The translations under genes and the position numbers were made by a program. Below the pieces are notes generated by a model, which was not told the origin of the DNA, searched no databases, and saw only the letters and a list, made by a program, of their open reading frames with translations. 64,000 bases of DNA from positions 256,001-320,000 of the forward strand of contig CAXWPJ010000009.1 of assembly GCA_963664115.2 (NCBI GenBank), read 5' to 3'. Below, piece by piece: positions 9,128 to 18,486 of this stretch; positions within the stretch are counted from its first letter, which is position 1, and the number at the start of each line of letters is the position of its first letter. Origin of the DNA: Terriglobia bacterium (lineage in GTDB: Bacteria; Acidobacteriota; Terriglobia; 20CM-2-55-15).

Positions 9128-10883
9128 GTGGGTACACCCGGGGCTCCTGCTCATCCTGGGCGCATGGCTCCTGGTTTTCCTCAAAGGTCCGATAAAACGC
9201 ATAGCAATGCTGGTCCTGCCAGGGGCGGCGCTGGTCGATTGCTTGTTGATGTCGCCTGGAACCTATGGTGCCGTGACGTTCATGGGCCAGGACCTCGTGC
9301 TTGGCCGCGTGGACAGTCTGAGCCTGGTATTTTCCTACATCTTCTCGCTCATGGCCTTCGTGGGCATGGTCTACGCCCTCCATGTAAAGGACGACTTCCA
9401 GCACGTCAGCGCCTTGATTTATGTGGGCGGCGCGCTCGGAGTCACGTTTGCCGGCGATTTCCTCTCCCTTTACCTCTTTTGGGAGCTCATGGCGATCTCG
9501 TCGGTGCTCCTGGTGTGGCTGCGACGGGAACCGTCAGCAGTAGCGGCCGGCTTCCGCTATCTTCTGATGCACATAGTCGGAGGACTCGTCCTCCTGGCAG
9601 GGATCGTAGTGCACTGGTCCCAGACCGGATCGCTTGCCTTCGAAGATATGGGCGTTTTTTCCGGCGGCCTGGCCTGGACCCTGATTCTCGTGGCCTTCCT
9701 TCTCAACGCGGCCGTTCCGCCTTTGGGGGCATGGCTTCCGGACGCCTACCCCGAGGCCACTGTTACAGGGGCGGTCTTCATGACGGCCTTTACAACCAAG
9801 TCCGCGGTCTATGTCTTGATCCGCGGCTTTGCGGGGACGGAACTCCTGATCTGGTTGGGAGGGGCGATGGCAGTCTATGGCGTGGTCTACGCCGTATTGG
9901 AAAACGACGCGCGACGCTTATTGGCCTACCACATCATCAGCCAGGTCGGCTACATGGTGTGTGGTGTAGGCGTCGGCACAGCGCTGGCCATAAACGGCGC
10001 CACGGCGCACGCGTTTGCTCACATCCTGTATAAGGCGCTTCTCTTTATGGGAGCCGGCGCCGTTATCCAGATGACAGGCGTGAGAAAGCTGAGCGAGATG
10101 GGGGGGCTCTACAAGACGATGCCGATCACGCTCGGGCTCTATATGATCGGCGCCTTTGCGATATCGGCCGTCCCGCTGTTCAGCGGTTTCGTAAGCAAGT
10201 CCATGGTGATTTCCGCAGCCGGCGAGGAACACCTGACGACGATCTTTCTGATGCTGACACTGGCCTCGGCCGGCACCTTCCTGCACACCGGCCTCAAGCT
10301 ACCGTATTACATGTTCTTTGCCAAGGACTCGGGCCTGCGCCCCAAGGAAGCGCCCACGAACATGCTCGTGGCCATGGGCCTGGCTGCCCTCGGATGTGTT
10401 CTGATCGGAGTGTTGCCCGGACTTCTGTACGCGCACCTTCCGAACCCGGTGGACTTCATTCCATATACGCTGACGCACGTGATGAGCACACTCGGAATGT
10501 TAGGCTTTACGGCCCTGGGATTTTTCCTGCTCCTCAAGCACCTCGATCCGGAACCCAAGGTCAGCCTCGACACGGATTGGTTCTACCGCCGTCCTTCGCT
10601 CAGGTTGGTGAGTCTGGTCCAGGGCCCACTGGCGCGTCTTGAGTACGGCTTTGTTGGAGAGATCTATGAGCGTCTGGTTCGCGGCCCTGTGTTGGGAGTA
10701 GCGAATCTGTTTCGCAAACTCGACAGCCTCGTCGTCGATTCCGCAATCGTAGGCGTGGGTCGTTCCACCCAGAGCTTGAGTCAGGTCCTGAAGACGATGG
10801 AGAACGGCCAGGTCCAGTATTACGGGCTGATCATGGCCGCAGGAATTCTCGCACTTTTGGCTCTGGCAGTGTTCTTTTCATGA
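9117..10883 (+). CDS. MrpD-like antiporter subunit carrying a NuoL-type C-terminal amphipathic helix plus a terminal TM (probable NuoL substitute)
   Basis: FWELMAISS, WLPDAYPEATVTGAVFMTAFTTK, RRLLAYHIISQVG, HILYKALLFM; C-terminus ...LDSLVVDSAIVGVG...MENGQVQYYGLIMAAG resembles NuoL helix HL and TM16. Confidence 0.85.
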   Translation: MTLEWVHPGLLLILGAWLLVFLKGPIKRIAMLVLPGAALVDCLLMSPGTYGAVTFMGQDLVLGRVDSLSLVFSYIFSLMAFVGMVYALHVKDDFQHVSALIYVGGALGVTFAGDFLSLYLFWELMAISSVLLVWLRREPSAVAAGFRYLLMHIVGGLVLLAGIVVHWSQTGSLAFEDMGVFSGGLAWTLILVAFLLNAAVPPLGAWLPDAYPEATVTGAVFMTAFTTKSAVYVLIRGFAGTELLIWLGGAMAVYGVVYAVLENDARRLLAYHIISQVGYMVCGVGVGTALAINGATAHAFAHILYKALLFMGAGAVIQMTGVRKLSEMGGLYKTMPITLGLYMIGAFAISAVPLFSGFVSKSMVISAAGEEHLTTIFLMLTLASAGTFLHTGLKLPYYMFFAKDSGLRPKEAPTNMLVAMGLAALGCVLIGVLPGLLYAHLPNPVDFIPYTLTHVMSTLGMLGFTALGFFLLLKHLDPEPKVSLDTDWFYRRPSLRLVSLVQGPLARLEYGFVGEIYERLVRGPVLGVANLFRKLDSLVVDSAIVGVGRSTQSLSQVLKTMENGQVQYYGLIMAAGILALLALAVFFS

Positions 10884-12346
10884 GTTATCCGGTCCTGACA
10901 GTTACGACGTTTCTGCCCCTCGCGGGGGGTGTTCTGATCCTGCTCCTGGGCAGCGAGCGACTCGCTCGCTGGGTCGCCCTCATCACCACTCTGGCCACCG
11001 TAGCCGTTTCGGTCCCGCTTTACAGGGGATTCGACAAGACATCGAGCACACTGCAATTCGTGGAGTCGCGGGACTGGATCCCGAATTGGAACATCGCTTA
11101 CGGCATGGGCGTGGACGGAATCAGCCTTCCATTCATCTTCCTTGCCTCGCTGCTCGGCGTCCTGTGCATCGGCGCCTCATGGTCCGCGATCCAAACTCGA
11201 ACGCGAGAGTTCTATGCGGCGCTCCTGGTGGCGGAAACCGCGATGATCGGCCTTTTCGCGGCCTCGAACCTTTTTCTCTTCTATATTTTCTGGGAACTCA
11301 TCCTGGTTCCGGTCTTTCTCCTGATCGGCGTCTGGGGAGGTCCGGGGCGTGTCTACGCGTCGATCAAGTTTTTGCTCTTCACTCTCGCCGGGAGCGTTTT
11401 CATGCTTGTGGGCATGATCGCTCTCTACCAGGCATTGGGCACATTGGACTTCAGGGCCCTGGCCCTGGCCCGGGACAGCCTCGATTCGAGCCAGCAAGCC
11501 TGGCTCTTCGCGGCCTTTCTGGCCGCTTTCGCAGTCAAGGTGCCCATGTTTCCGGTACATACCTGGCTCCCGGACGCTCACACGGAAGCTCCAACGGCGG
11601 GGAGCGTGATCCTGGCCGGAATTCTTCTCAAAATGGGCGCATACGGGTTCCTGCGTGTCTCGATTCCGGTTCTTCCCGACGCCGTGCAACTCTTCTTGAC
11701 GCCGATGCTGGTCGTCTCCGTGGTGGCTATTGTCTATGGCGCATATGTGACCCTTGTCCAGACGGACGTAAAACGTCTCATCGCGTTCTCGAGCATCAGC
11801 CACATGGGTTTCGTCACGCTGGGTATTTTCACACTCGACCAGGGCGGGGTCGAAGGAGCGGTCCTGCAGATGATCAACCACGGGATCATTTCGGCGGCAC
11901 TATTCTTGTGCGTCGGCATGATCTACGAGCGCACTCACACGCGGGAAATCAACGATTACGGGGGAGTTGCCAAAGCCGCACCGGTCTATTCGACCTTGCT
12001 CGGCCTGTTTTGTCTGGCAGGAACGGGATTCCCAGGTCTGAATTCATTCGTAGGGGAGTTTCTGATCATCGGTGGCGCTTTCAGAACTCACGCCTTGCTG
12101 GGGGCGATGGCGGTCTGGGGTGTAGTCCTTGGAACGGCGTACCTCGTCTGGCTCTACTACCGCGTTGTTATGGGCCAGATCAACCCCGGGCTCGAGGGGC
12201 TCAAGCTAGAGCTCAATATTCGTGAGGTGGCGACGCTTGCCCCTCTGGTCTTATTCGCGGTGTGTCTCGGCCTCTACCCTGATCTCGTCCTCTCTTATTT
12301 GCGAGCTCCCGTGGCCGCGCTACTTGCCGGGGGGGTCACCCCGTGA
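10880..12346 (+). CDS. nuoM: NADH-quinone oxidoreductase subunit M
   Basis: GVDGISL, FYIFWELILVP, KVPMFPVHTWLPDAHTEAPT, KRLIAFSSISHMG, MINHG. Confidence 0.95.
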   Translation: MSYPVLTVTTFLPLAGGVLILLLGSERLARWVALITTLATVAVSVPLYRGFDKTSSTLQFVESRDWIPNWNIAYGMGVDGISLPFIFLASLLGVLCIGASWSAIQTRTREFYAALLVAETAMIGLFAASNLFLFYIFWELILVPVFLLIGVWGGPGRVYASIKFLLFTLAGSVFMLVGMIALYQALGTLDFRALALARDSLDSSQQAWLFAAFLAAFAVKVPMFPVHTWLPDAHTEAPTAGSVILAGILLKMGAYGFLRVSIPVLPDAVQLFLTPMLVVSVVAIVYGAYVTLVQTDVKRLIAFSSISHMGFVTLGIFTLDQGGVEGAVLQMINHGIISAALFLCVGMIYERTHTREINDYGGVAKAAPVYSTLLGLFCLAGTGFPGLNSFVGEFLIIGGAFRTHALLGAMAVWGVVLGTAYLVWLYYRVVMGQINPGLEGLKLELNIREVATLAPLVLFAVCLGLYPDLVLSYLRAPVAALLAGGVTP

Positions 12347-13764
12347 ACGGCGCCACTCTTTCTGACGTCGCCCTGCTGGTCCCGGAACTGATTCTGGTCG
12401 GGATGTCCGTCGCATTGATCGTTCTCGCACGACGTATAAAGAACACGCCGATTGCGGCAACAGGGACAGTCCTTGCTGCATTGGGCGCTGGCATGTACTC
12501 CTTCTGGGCGGTGTCAGAAGGCACTCAAGTCGGCTTTGGCGGCATGCTCATTCTGGACGGCTACTCCCAATTCTTCAAGGTGCTCATTGCCGCCACTCTG
12601 GCTCTGGTCGCGCTTCTGTCGGTGAGAAGCCACGATCTGGAAGAGGTGCCCCGCGGCGAGTACCATGCCCTGCTCCTGTTGGCTTCGACGGGGATGATGC
12701 TTGCAGTTTCATCACTGGATCTGCTGACCCTCTACTTGGGCCTAGAGCTTATGACGCTGTGCTCCTACATCCTGGTCGGGATCGCGGTGGACAGACCGAC
12801 GTCAAACGAGGCCGCGATCAAGTATTTCCTTTTGGGGTCATTCGCCTCAGCCCTGCTTCTCTACGGGATCGCCCTGACCTACGGCCTCACCGGCGCTACC
12901 AACTATCAGGCCGTTGCCTCGGTAATTACGGGTCAGGGGCTCACGGAGAACCCGCTTCTGCTAGTGGCCATCGGACTGGTAGCGGCCGGGCTCGCATTCA
13001 AGATTGCGGTGGTGCCGTTTCACGCCTGGGCGCCGGACGCTTACCAGGGTGCAGGTGCACCTGTCGCGGGCTTCCTGGCGGCCGGTTCCAAGGCCGTCGG
13101 CCTGGCCGCTCTGGGAAGGGTTTCCCTGACCGCGTTCGGCGAGGAAACCTACGTCTTGTCCCTGGTTCTTGCGGGACTCGCAGCCCTTTCGATTGTCGTC
13201 GGCAGCATCGTGGCCCTGGCCCAGACCGACATGAAACGTTTGCTGGCCTATTCTGCAATCGCGCACGCGGGTTACGCACTGATGGGCCTCATGGCCGGTA
13301 CGAGGGAGGGGATTTCTGCAACCATGACCTACGCCTTCTTCTACGTCTTTATGACGCTCGGAACATTCGGCGTGGTCATCGCTCTGGGCGAGCGTGGTCG
13401 AACTCTGGATGGATACAAGGGCCTGGCTCGGCAGCGACCCGGAACAGCCGCCCTCATGTTACTTTTTCTCTTGTCTCTGACCGGCATCCCTCCAACGGGG
13501 GGCTTCGTCGCCAAGTTTGTCGTTATCCTGAGCGCTGTGCGCGCAGGCTACGTGGGACTGGCTGTACTTGCGGTGGCCTGCAGCGTAATTTCAGCATTCG
13601 TGTACATGCGGGTAGCCGTCTTCATGTACATGAGAGAGCCCGAGGAGCCGGCGCCTTCGAGCTTCCCGGTGGCGGTGTCCGCCGCTCTCGCCGTGGCAGC
13701 GCTGGTCACTTTAATTGGTGGGATCTCCCCGGGCATTTTGACGGTCTGGGCGGTGTCTCCGTGA
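12343..13764 (+). CDS. nuoN: NADH-quinone oxidoreductase subunit N
   Basis: YLGLELM, EAAIKYFLLG, FKIAVVPFHAWAPDAYQGA, KRLLAYSAIAHAGY, GIPPTGGFVAK. Confidence 0.95.
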   Translation: MNGATLSDVALLVPELILVGMSVALIVLARRIKNTPIAATGTVLAALGAGMYSFWAVSEGTQVGFGGMLILDGYSQFFKVLIAATLALVALLSVRSHDLEEVPRGEYHALLLLASTGMMLAVSSLDLLTLYLGLELMTLCSYILVGIAVDRPTSNEAAIKYFLLGSFASALLLYGIALTYGLTGATNYQAVASVITGQGLTENPLLLVAIGLVAAGLAFKIAVVPFHAWAPDAYQGAGAPVAGFLAAGSKAVGLAALGRVSLTAFGEETYVLSLVLAGLAALSIVVGSIVALAQTDMKRLLAYSAIAHAGYALMGLMAGTREGISATMTYAFFYVFMTLGTFGVVIALGERGRTLDGYKGLARQRPGTAALMLLFLLSLTGIPPTGGFVAKFVVILSAVRAGYVGLAVLAVACSVISAFVYMRVAVFMYMREPEEPAPSSFPVAVSAALAVAALVTLIGGISPGILTVWAVSP

Positions 13765-13792
13765 TGTCCACGATAATGTACACTAATGACTT

Positions 13793-14146
13793 ATGAACGC
13801 ATACATCGGGATAGCGGTCAGTTTCGTTCTGGCTGCAGGGATCACGGGCTTGATGGTCATCCTGGCCTCCACGCTGGGAAAGAAGAATTCCACGCCTGTA
13901 AAGTTGTCGCCGTTCGAATGTGGGGTGGATCCGTTTTCGCTCCCTATCGGCAAGTTGGCAATCAAGTTTTACCTGACTGCTATTCTGTTCATCCCCTTCG
14001 ATGTCGAGCTGGTGTTCCTCTATCCCTGGGCCGTGCTTTACCGCCAGCTGGGGACCTTGGGACTGGTTGAAATGGGACTCTTTCTGGGCATCCTGATGGC
14101 AGGTTATGTCTACGCCTGGGACAATGGCGCTCTTGACTGGCAATGA
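13793..14146 (+). CDS. nuoA: NADH-quinone oxidoreductase subunit A
   Basis: KLSPFECG, FYLTAILFIPFDVELVFLYPWA, GALDW. Confidence 0.95.
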   Translation: MNAYIGIAVSFVLAAGITGLMVILASTLGKKNSTPVKLSPFECGVDPFSLPIGKLAIKFYLTAILFIPFDVELVFLYPWAVLYRQLGTLGLVEMGLFLGILMAGYVYAWDNGALDWQ

Positions 14147-14196
14147 CTGGAAATGACTGGCAATGACTGGAAATGACTGGCAATGCAGGACAATGA
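14134..14196 (+). repeat. Tandem 10-bp repeat TGACTGG(C/A)AA x5 plus one degenerate unit, spanning the nuoA stop
   Basis: TGACTGGCAA TGACTGGAAA TGACTGGCAA TGACTGGAAA TGACTGGCAA TGCAGGACAA TGA. Confidence 0.92.
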
Positions 14197-14219
14197 TCCC
14201 GCAATTCTGTAAATAAATC

Positions 14220-14723
14220 ATGTTCAACGACACATCGTTTCTAACGAGCCGGCTCGACGACGCGGTTGGCTGGGCACGAAAGTATTCAATCTTCCAGTAT
14301 CCGTTCGTGACTGCGTGCTGCGGGATGGAGTACATGGCGACGGCCTGCTCTCATTACGACGTGGACCGTTTCGGAGCGGGCTTCCCAAGATTTTCTCCTC
14401 GCCAGGCCGACGTACTTTTCGTCGTCGGCACGATCAGTCACAAGATGGCGCCTGTCCTCCTACGCATCCATGAGCAGATGGCGGATCCCAAGTGGGTGGT
14501 CGCTTTCGGCGTGTGCGTGTGCACGGGCGGTTTTTATGACAACTACGCCACAGTGATGGGCATCGATACCATCATGCCGGTGGATGTTTATATACCTGGA
14601 TGCCCACCGCGGCCGGAGATGGTCCTCGACGGCCTGATGAAGCTGCAGGACAAGATCCAGGACCATGGAGTAAGCGGCAAGCGCGTCGCGCCTGAACCTC
14701 GTCCGGACCTCTTCGAAGCATGA
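14220..14723 (+). CDS. nuoB: NADH-quinone oxidoreductase subunit B
   Basis: TACCGMEYM, SPRQAD, PVDVYIPGCPPRPE (N2 ligands). Confidence 0.95.
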   Translation: MFNDTSFLTSRLDDAVGWARKYSIFQYPFVTACCGMEYMATACSHYDVDRFGAGFPRFSPRQADVLFVVGTISHKMAPVLLRIHEQMADPKWVVAFGVCVCTGGFYDNYATVMGIDTIMPVDVYIPGCPPRPEMVLDGLMKLQDKIQDHGVSGKRVAPEPRPDLFEA

Positions 14724-15301
14724 ATACCACATCTTTGATCGAATCCCTCACGGACCGCTTTCCCGCTGCGGTGACCTCGTCCCATGCCTACCGGGGTGAC
14801 GCAACACTTATTGTTCGTCCGAAGAGCCTCGTCGACGTGGCGCGGTTTCTCAAGGAGGACCCGGCCTTAAAAATGAATTACCTCATGGACCTGACTGCCG
14901 TCGACTACTCCGCATTCGGGAAACACCCCACGCCGGCCTTTTTCACTTCTTCGGGAGTGACGGTGAAGCCGTCTTCCGAGATTCCGGATGAAGAACCGTG
15001 GCCCGGCCCTCCGGACGAAGGGCGGTTTGCGGTCGTGTACCACTTCTTCTCGACCACCCACAAACATCGGCTACGACTGGTTGTCCCGGTAGAGGAGAGT
15101 GTGGCTCAGGTGGATTCGCTGACCGCGTTGTGGCCGGGCGCCGACTGGCTTGAACGCGAGGTCTGGGACATGTTCGGGATCGGTTTTACGGGACATCCCG
15201 ACTTGAAGCGGATTCTCATGTACGAAGGGTTCGAGGGTCACCCGCTACGGAAGGACTATCCCGTCAAAAAGCGTCAGCCGCTGATCGGACCGACCAACTA
15301 A
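14720..15301 (+). CDS. nuoC: NADH-quinone oxidoreductase subunit C
   Basis: DLTAVDY, WLEREVWDMFGIGFTGHPDLKRILMYEGFEGHPLRKDYP. Confidence 0.95.
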   Translation: MNTTSLIESLTDRFPAAVTSSHAYRGDATLIVRPKSLVDVARFLKEDPALKMNYLMDLTAVDYSAFGKHPTPAFFTSSGVTVKPSSEIPDEEPWPGPPDEGRFAVVYHFFSTTHKHRLRLVVPVEESVAQVDSLTALWPGADWLEREVWDMFGIGFTGHPDLKRILMYEGFEGHPLRKDYPVKKRQPLIGPTN

Positions 15302-15310
15302 CAGCGTTCT

Positions 15311-16693
15311 ATGGAAAAGAACAGCCCATCGCCGGAGACGGCGCCGACACCCCGGGGCGACCCGGCAGAACTCGAAACGCGGGACATGCTCATCAACGTG
15401 GGTCCCGCTCATCCCGCCATGCACGGGATCATCCGGATCGTAGCTAAGCTCGACGGGGAACAGATCGAGGATGCCGAAGTAGAGATCGGCTACCTTCACC
15501 GTGGTTTTGAAAAGATGGCTGAAACGGTCGACTATAACGGCGTCATGCCTTACACCGACCGGCTCAACTATGTCTCGCCGCTCATCAACAATATGGGCTA
15601 TTGCATGGCTGTGGAAAAGCTCCTTGGGATCTCGGTCCCGGAGCGCTGCCACTACGTTCGGGTCATTCTCTCCGAGATCTCGAGGCTCTCGGATCACCTG
15701 ACCTGCGTCGGTGCAACCGCCATGGAGTTGGGGGCCTTCAGCGTGTTTCTGTACATGATCAAGGCCCGGGAGTACCTGTGGGAGTTGGTGGAGAAGGTCA
15801 CCGGAGCCCGGTTGACAGTCAGCTATTGCCGCGTGGGCGGTGTCAAAGCGGACCTTCCCGATGACTTCGCCGAACCTTGCCGCAAGGCCTTTGAGGAAAC
15901 CCGCAAGGTCCTCGCTGAGGCGGATGGGCTCCTCACCCGCAATCGCATTTTCACCGACCGTATGACAGGGACAGGAGTGCTCTCCGTCGACGACGCCATA
16001 GGCTACGGAATCACCGGCCCCTTCCTTCGTGCGAGCGGCGCGGACTACGACGTGCGCAAAGACTGCCCCTACGCCGTCTACGACCGGATACCATTCGACG
16101 TGCCAGTGGGTAGCAAAGGCGACAACATGGATCGCTATCTGGTACGCATGGAGGAAATGCAACAGTCCATGCGGATCGTGGAAACAGCGCTTGCCGACAT
16201 ACCGCCCGGCCCCGTCATGGTCAATCCTGAGACGGGGCGCCCCATCCCGGCCGCCGATATGGTAGACCTGGCCAAAGTGGGCGACATCAGAGCCATTTCA
16301 GGCAGGCCCGCCGTCGTCGATCCGACACTCGAGGGGGCCAGTCGGGCCGAATATCCGTCTATTGCTGCGGATGAGAAACGCGTTTTTCTACCTGCTAAAG
16401 AGGATACTTACGGCAACATCGAAGGGCTCATGAACCACTTCAAGCTGGTCATGTTGGGCCACGGCCTGCGCCCCCCAAAAGGGGAAGTCTATTTCCCGGT
16501 GGAAGGCGCCAACGGAGAACTCGGGTTCTACGTAGTGAGCGACGGAGAGGGACGTCCCTACCGGGTCCGGGTCCGCCCGCCCTGCTTCGCTATCATGTCG
16601 GCCCTGCCCCATCTCCTTGTCGGGGGCATGATGGCCGATATGGTCCCCACCTTTGGGTCCGTGAACATGATAGGCGGGGAACTCGACCGGTGA
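15311..16693 (+). CDS. nuoD: NADH-quinone oxidoreductase subunit D
   Basis: NVGPAHPAMHG, GYLHRGFEK, DRLNY, C-terminal GELDR; no NiFe CxxC motifs. Confidence 0.95.
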   Translation: MEKNSPSPETAPTPRGDPAELETRDMLINVGPAHPAMHGIIRIVAKLDGEQIEDAEVEIGYLHRGFEKMAETVDYNGVMPYTDRLNYVSPLINNMGYCMAVEKLLGISVPERCHYVRVILSEISRLSDHLTCVGATAMELGAFSVFLYMIKAREYLWELVEKVTGARLTVSYCRVGGVKADLPDDFAEPCRKAFEETRKVLAEADGLLTRNRIFTDRMTGTGVLSVDDAIGYGITGPFLRASGADYDVRKDCPYAVYDRIPFDVPVGSKGDNMDRYLVRMEEMQQSMRIVETALADIPPGPVMVNPETGRPIPAADMVDLAKVGDIRAISGRPAVVDPTLEGASRAEYPSIAADEKRVFLPAKEDTYGNIEGLMNHFKLVMLGHGLRPPKGEVYFPVEGANGELGFYVVSDGEGRPYRVRVRPPCFAIMSALPHLLVGGMMADMVPTFGSVNMIGGELDR

Positions 16694-18486
16694 CGCTCAA
16701 GGAAATGGAAGACGCGGCGGAGGAAATCCTCCGACGCTATGAGTACCCGAAGGCGGCGATGCTGCCTGTCCTGTGGCTCGTACAGCAGAACCAGGGCTAC
16801 ATCTCACCTGAGGCAGAAGCTTGGGTGGGCCACCTTCTTGGAGTGTCTATCGCCCACGTGCGCGAGGTAGTCTCCTTTTACAATATGTTCCATACCCAGC
16901 CCGTCGGACGGCGGGAACTTCGGGTCTGCACGAGTCTGCCATGCCGCCTCCGCGGAGGGCACGATGTGTTGGAACGCATCAAGGACGGATTAAAGATCAG
17001 CCCGGGTGAGACCACGCCCGGCCAGGAGGTGACGCTCACCGAGGTCGAATGCTTGTGTGCTTGCGAGATGGCGCCCATGGCCCAGCTCGACGAACGCTTT
17101 GTCGGCCCTCTTGACGGTGGGGCCGTAGCCACCCTCATCGAGGACGCTTTGAGCGAACCCGGGAGCGGGGAGTCGACCCCGGAGCCCGACCCCTACATTT
17201 GCACGGATGGGCCGGTTCTCTCCACGCGCTTCAACGATCCGGAGGGGACCTGGTTCGAAACTTACGTCGCCGATGACGGATACGCCGCCTCCCGGCGAGT
17301 GCTCACCTCGATGACGCCGAGGGAGGTGATCGACGAGGTCGCCAAGGCCAAGCTCCGCGGTCTCGGCGGGGCGGGTTTTCCGGCCAGCCGAAAGTGGTCC
17401 TTCATACCCAAGGATTCGACCGAGCCCAAGTACCTCGTAGTCAACGCAGACGAGGGCGAACCCGGGACTTTCAAGGACCGTTACATTCTGGAAAGGGACC
17501 CGCACGCCCTGATCGAGGGCATGATCATCGCAGCCTATGCGATCGGCAGTCATAAGGCCTACGTCTACATTCGGGGCGAGTATTTCAGGTCCGCCAAACG
17601 TTTACAACGCGCCCTGGACGAGGCCTATAACACGAATTGGCTGGGCAAGAACATTCAGGGGACAGGCTTTGACCTGGACGTGGTCATCCACCGGGGCGCC
17701 GGCGCCTACATTTGTGGAGAAGAGACTGCGCTCCTGACGTCGCTCGAGGGCGGCAAAGGCTTTCCCAAGATCAAACCCCCTTTTCCGGCTATTTCGGGCC
17801 TCTTCAAATGCCCCACGATCGTCAACAATGTGGAAACCCTGGCCTGTGTCCCTTTTATCCTGCGCAACGGAGCCGAGCGCTTTGCCGAAATAGGTTCCGA
17901 GACCCAGGGTGGAACACGCCTCTTCTGTGTGAGCGGGCACGTGGTCCGGCCCGGCGTTTACGAGACGTCGGTCAGCATCACCCTGCGGGAACTGATCGAG
18001 CAGCATGCCGGGGGCGTACGCGATGGCAAGAAGCTTAAGGCTGTCATTCCCGGGGGGATCTCAGCCAAGATTCTCAGGGCTGACGAGATCGATGTGGGCA
18101 TGGATTTCGACTCGCTCAGGGGGGCCGGAACCATGGCTGGATCCGGGGGCGTAATCGTCATGGATGAAACCACCTCCATGGTCGAGGCGCTCGAGTCCGC
18201 GGCCCGGTTCTTCGCTGACGAGTCCTGCGGACAGTGTTCCCCCTGCCGGGAGGGGACAGGCTGGGTGCATCGCATCGTCGACCGCATCACCGAAGGGCAG
18301 GGACGTGTCGAGGATCTGGACGACCTTCTCGCTATTGCCGGCGATATGGAAGGCAACACTATCTGCGTTTTCGCGGACGCGGCGGCCTGGCCAGTCCAGT
18401 CCTACATCATGAAATTCAGGGACGAGTTCGAGGATTACATCCGTACCGGCCAGCGGGTCGGGGGAAAGGAAGCTGCGCATGCCTAA
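16690..18486 (+). CDS. nuoEF: Fused NuoE-NuoF (2Fe-2S N1a domain plus FMN/NADH domain)
   Basis: CTSLPC...ECLCACEMAP followed by GLGGAGFP, NADEGEPGTFKDR, GAGAYICGEETALL, ESCGQCSPCREG, TICVFADAA. Confidence 0.92.
   Translation: MTLKEMEDAAEEILRRYEYPKAAMLPVLWLVQQNQGYISPEAEAWVGHLLGVSIAHVREVVSFYNMFHTQPVGRRELRVCTSLPCRLRGGHDVLERIKDGLKISPGETTPGQEVTLTEVECLCACEMAPMAQLDERFVGPLDGGAVATLIEDALSEPGSGESTPEPDPYICTDGPVLSTRFNDPEGTWFETYVADDGYAASRRVLTSMTPREVIDEVAKAKLRGLGGAGFPASRKWSFIPKDSTEPKYLVVNADEGEPGTFKDRYILERDPHALIEGMIIAAYAIGSHKAYVYIRGEYFRSAKRLQRALDEAYNTNWLGKNIQGTGFDLDVVIHRGAGAYICGEETALLTSLEGGKGFPKIKPPFPAISGLFKCPTIVNNVETLACVPFILRNGAERFAEIGSETQGGTRLFCVSGHVVRPGVYETSVSITLRELIEQHAGGVRDGKKLKAVIPGGISAKILRADEIDVGMDFDSLRGAGTMAGSGGVIVMDETTSMVEALESAARFFADESCGQCSPCREGTGWVHRIVDRITEGQGRVEDLDDLLAIAGDMEGNTICVFADAAAWPVQSYIMKFRDEFEDYIRTGQRVGGKEAAHA

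Noticed and set aside
9128-13796. Long alternative-frame ORFs overlapping nuo genes (9128-10033, 11086-12225, 12759-13796) and similar shadow ORFs elsewhere
   Set aside because: Arg/Pro/Gly-rich products typical of off-frame reading in GC-rich genes, with no recognisable motifs.
14134-14196. CRISPR array
   Set aside because: The units are 10 bp and contiguous, with no spacers and no cas genes.
15311-16693. Group 4 [NiFe]-hydrogenase large subunit (suggested by the Mrp/Hyf-like membrane subunits)
   Set aside because: No N- or C-terminal CxxC nickel ligands; it ends in GELDR like NuoD.
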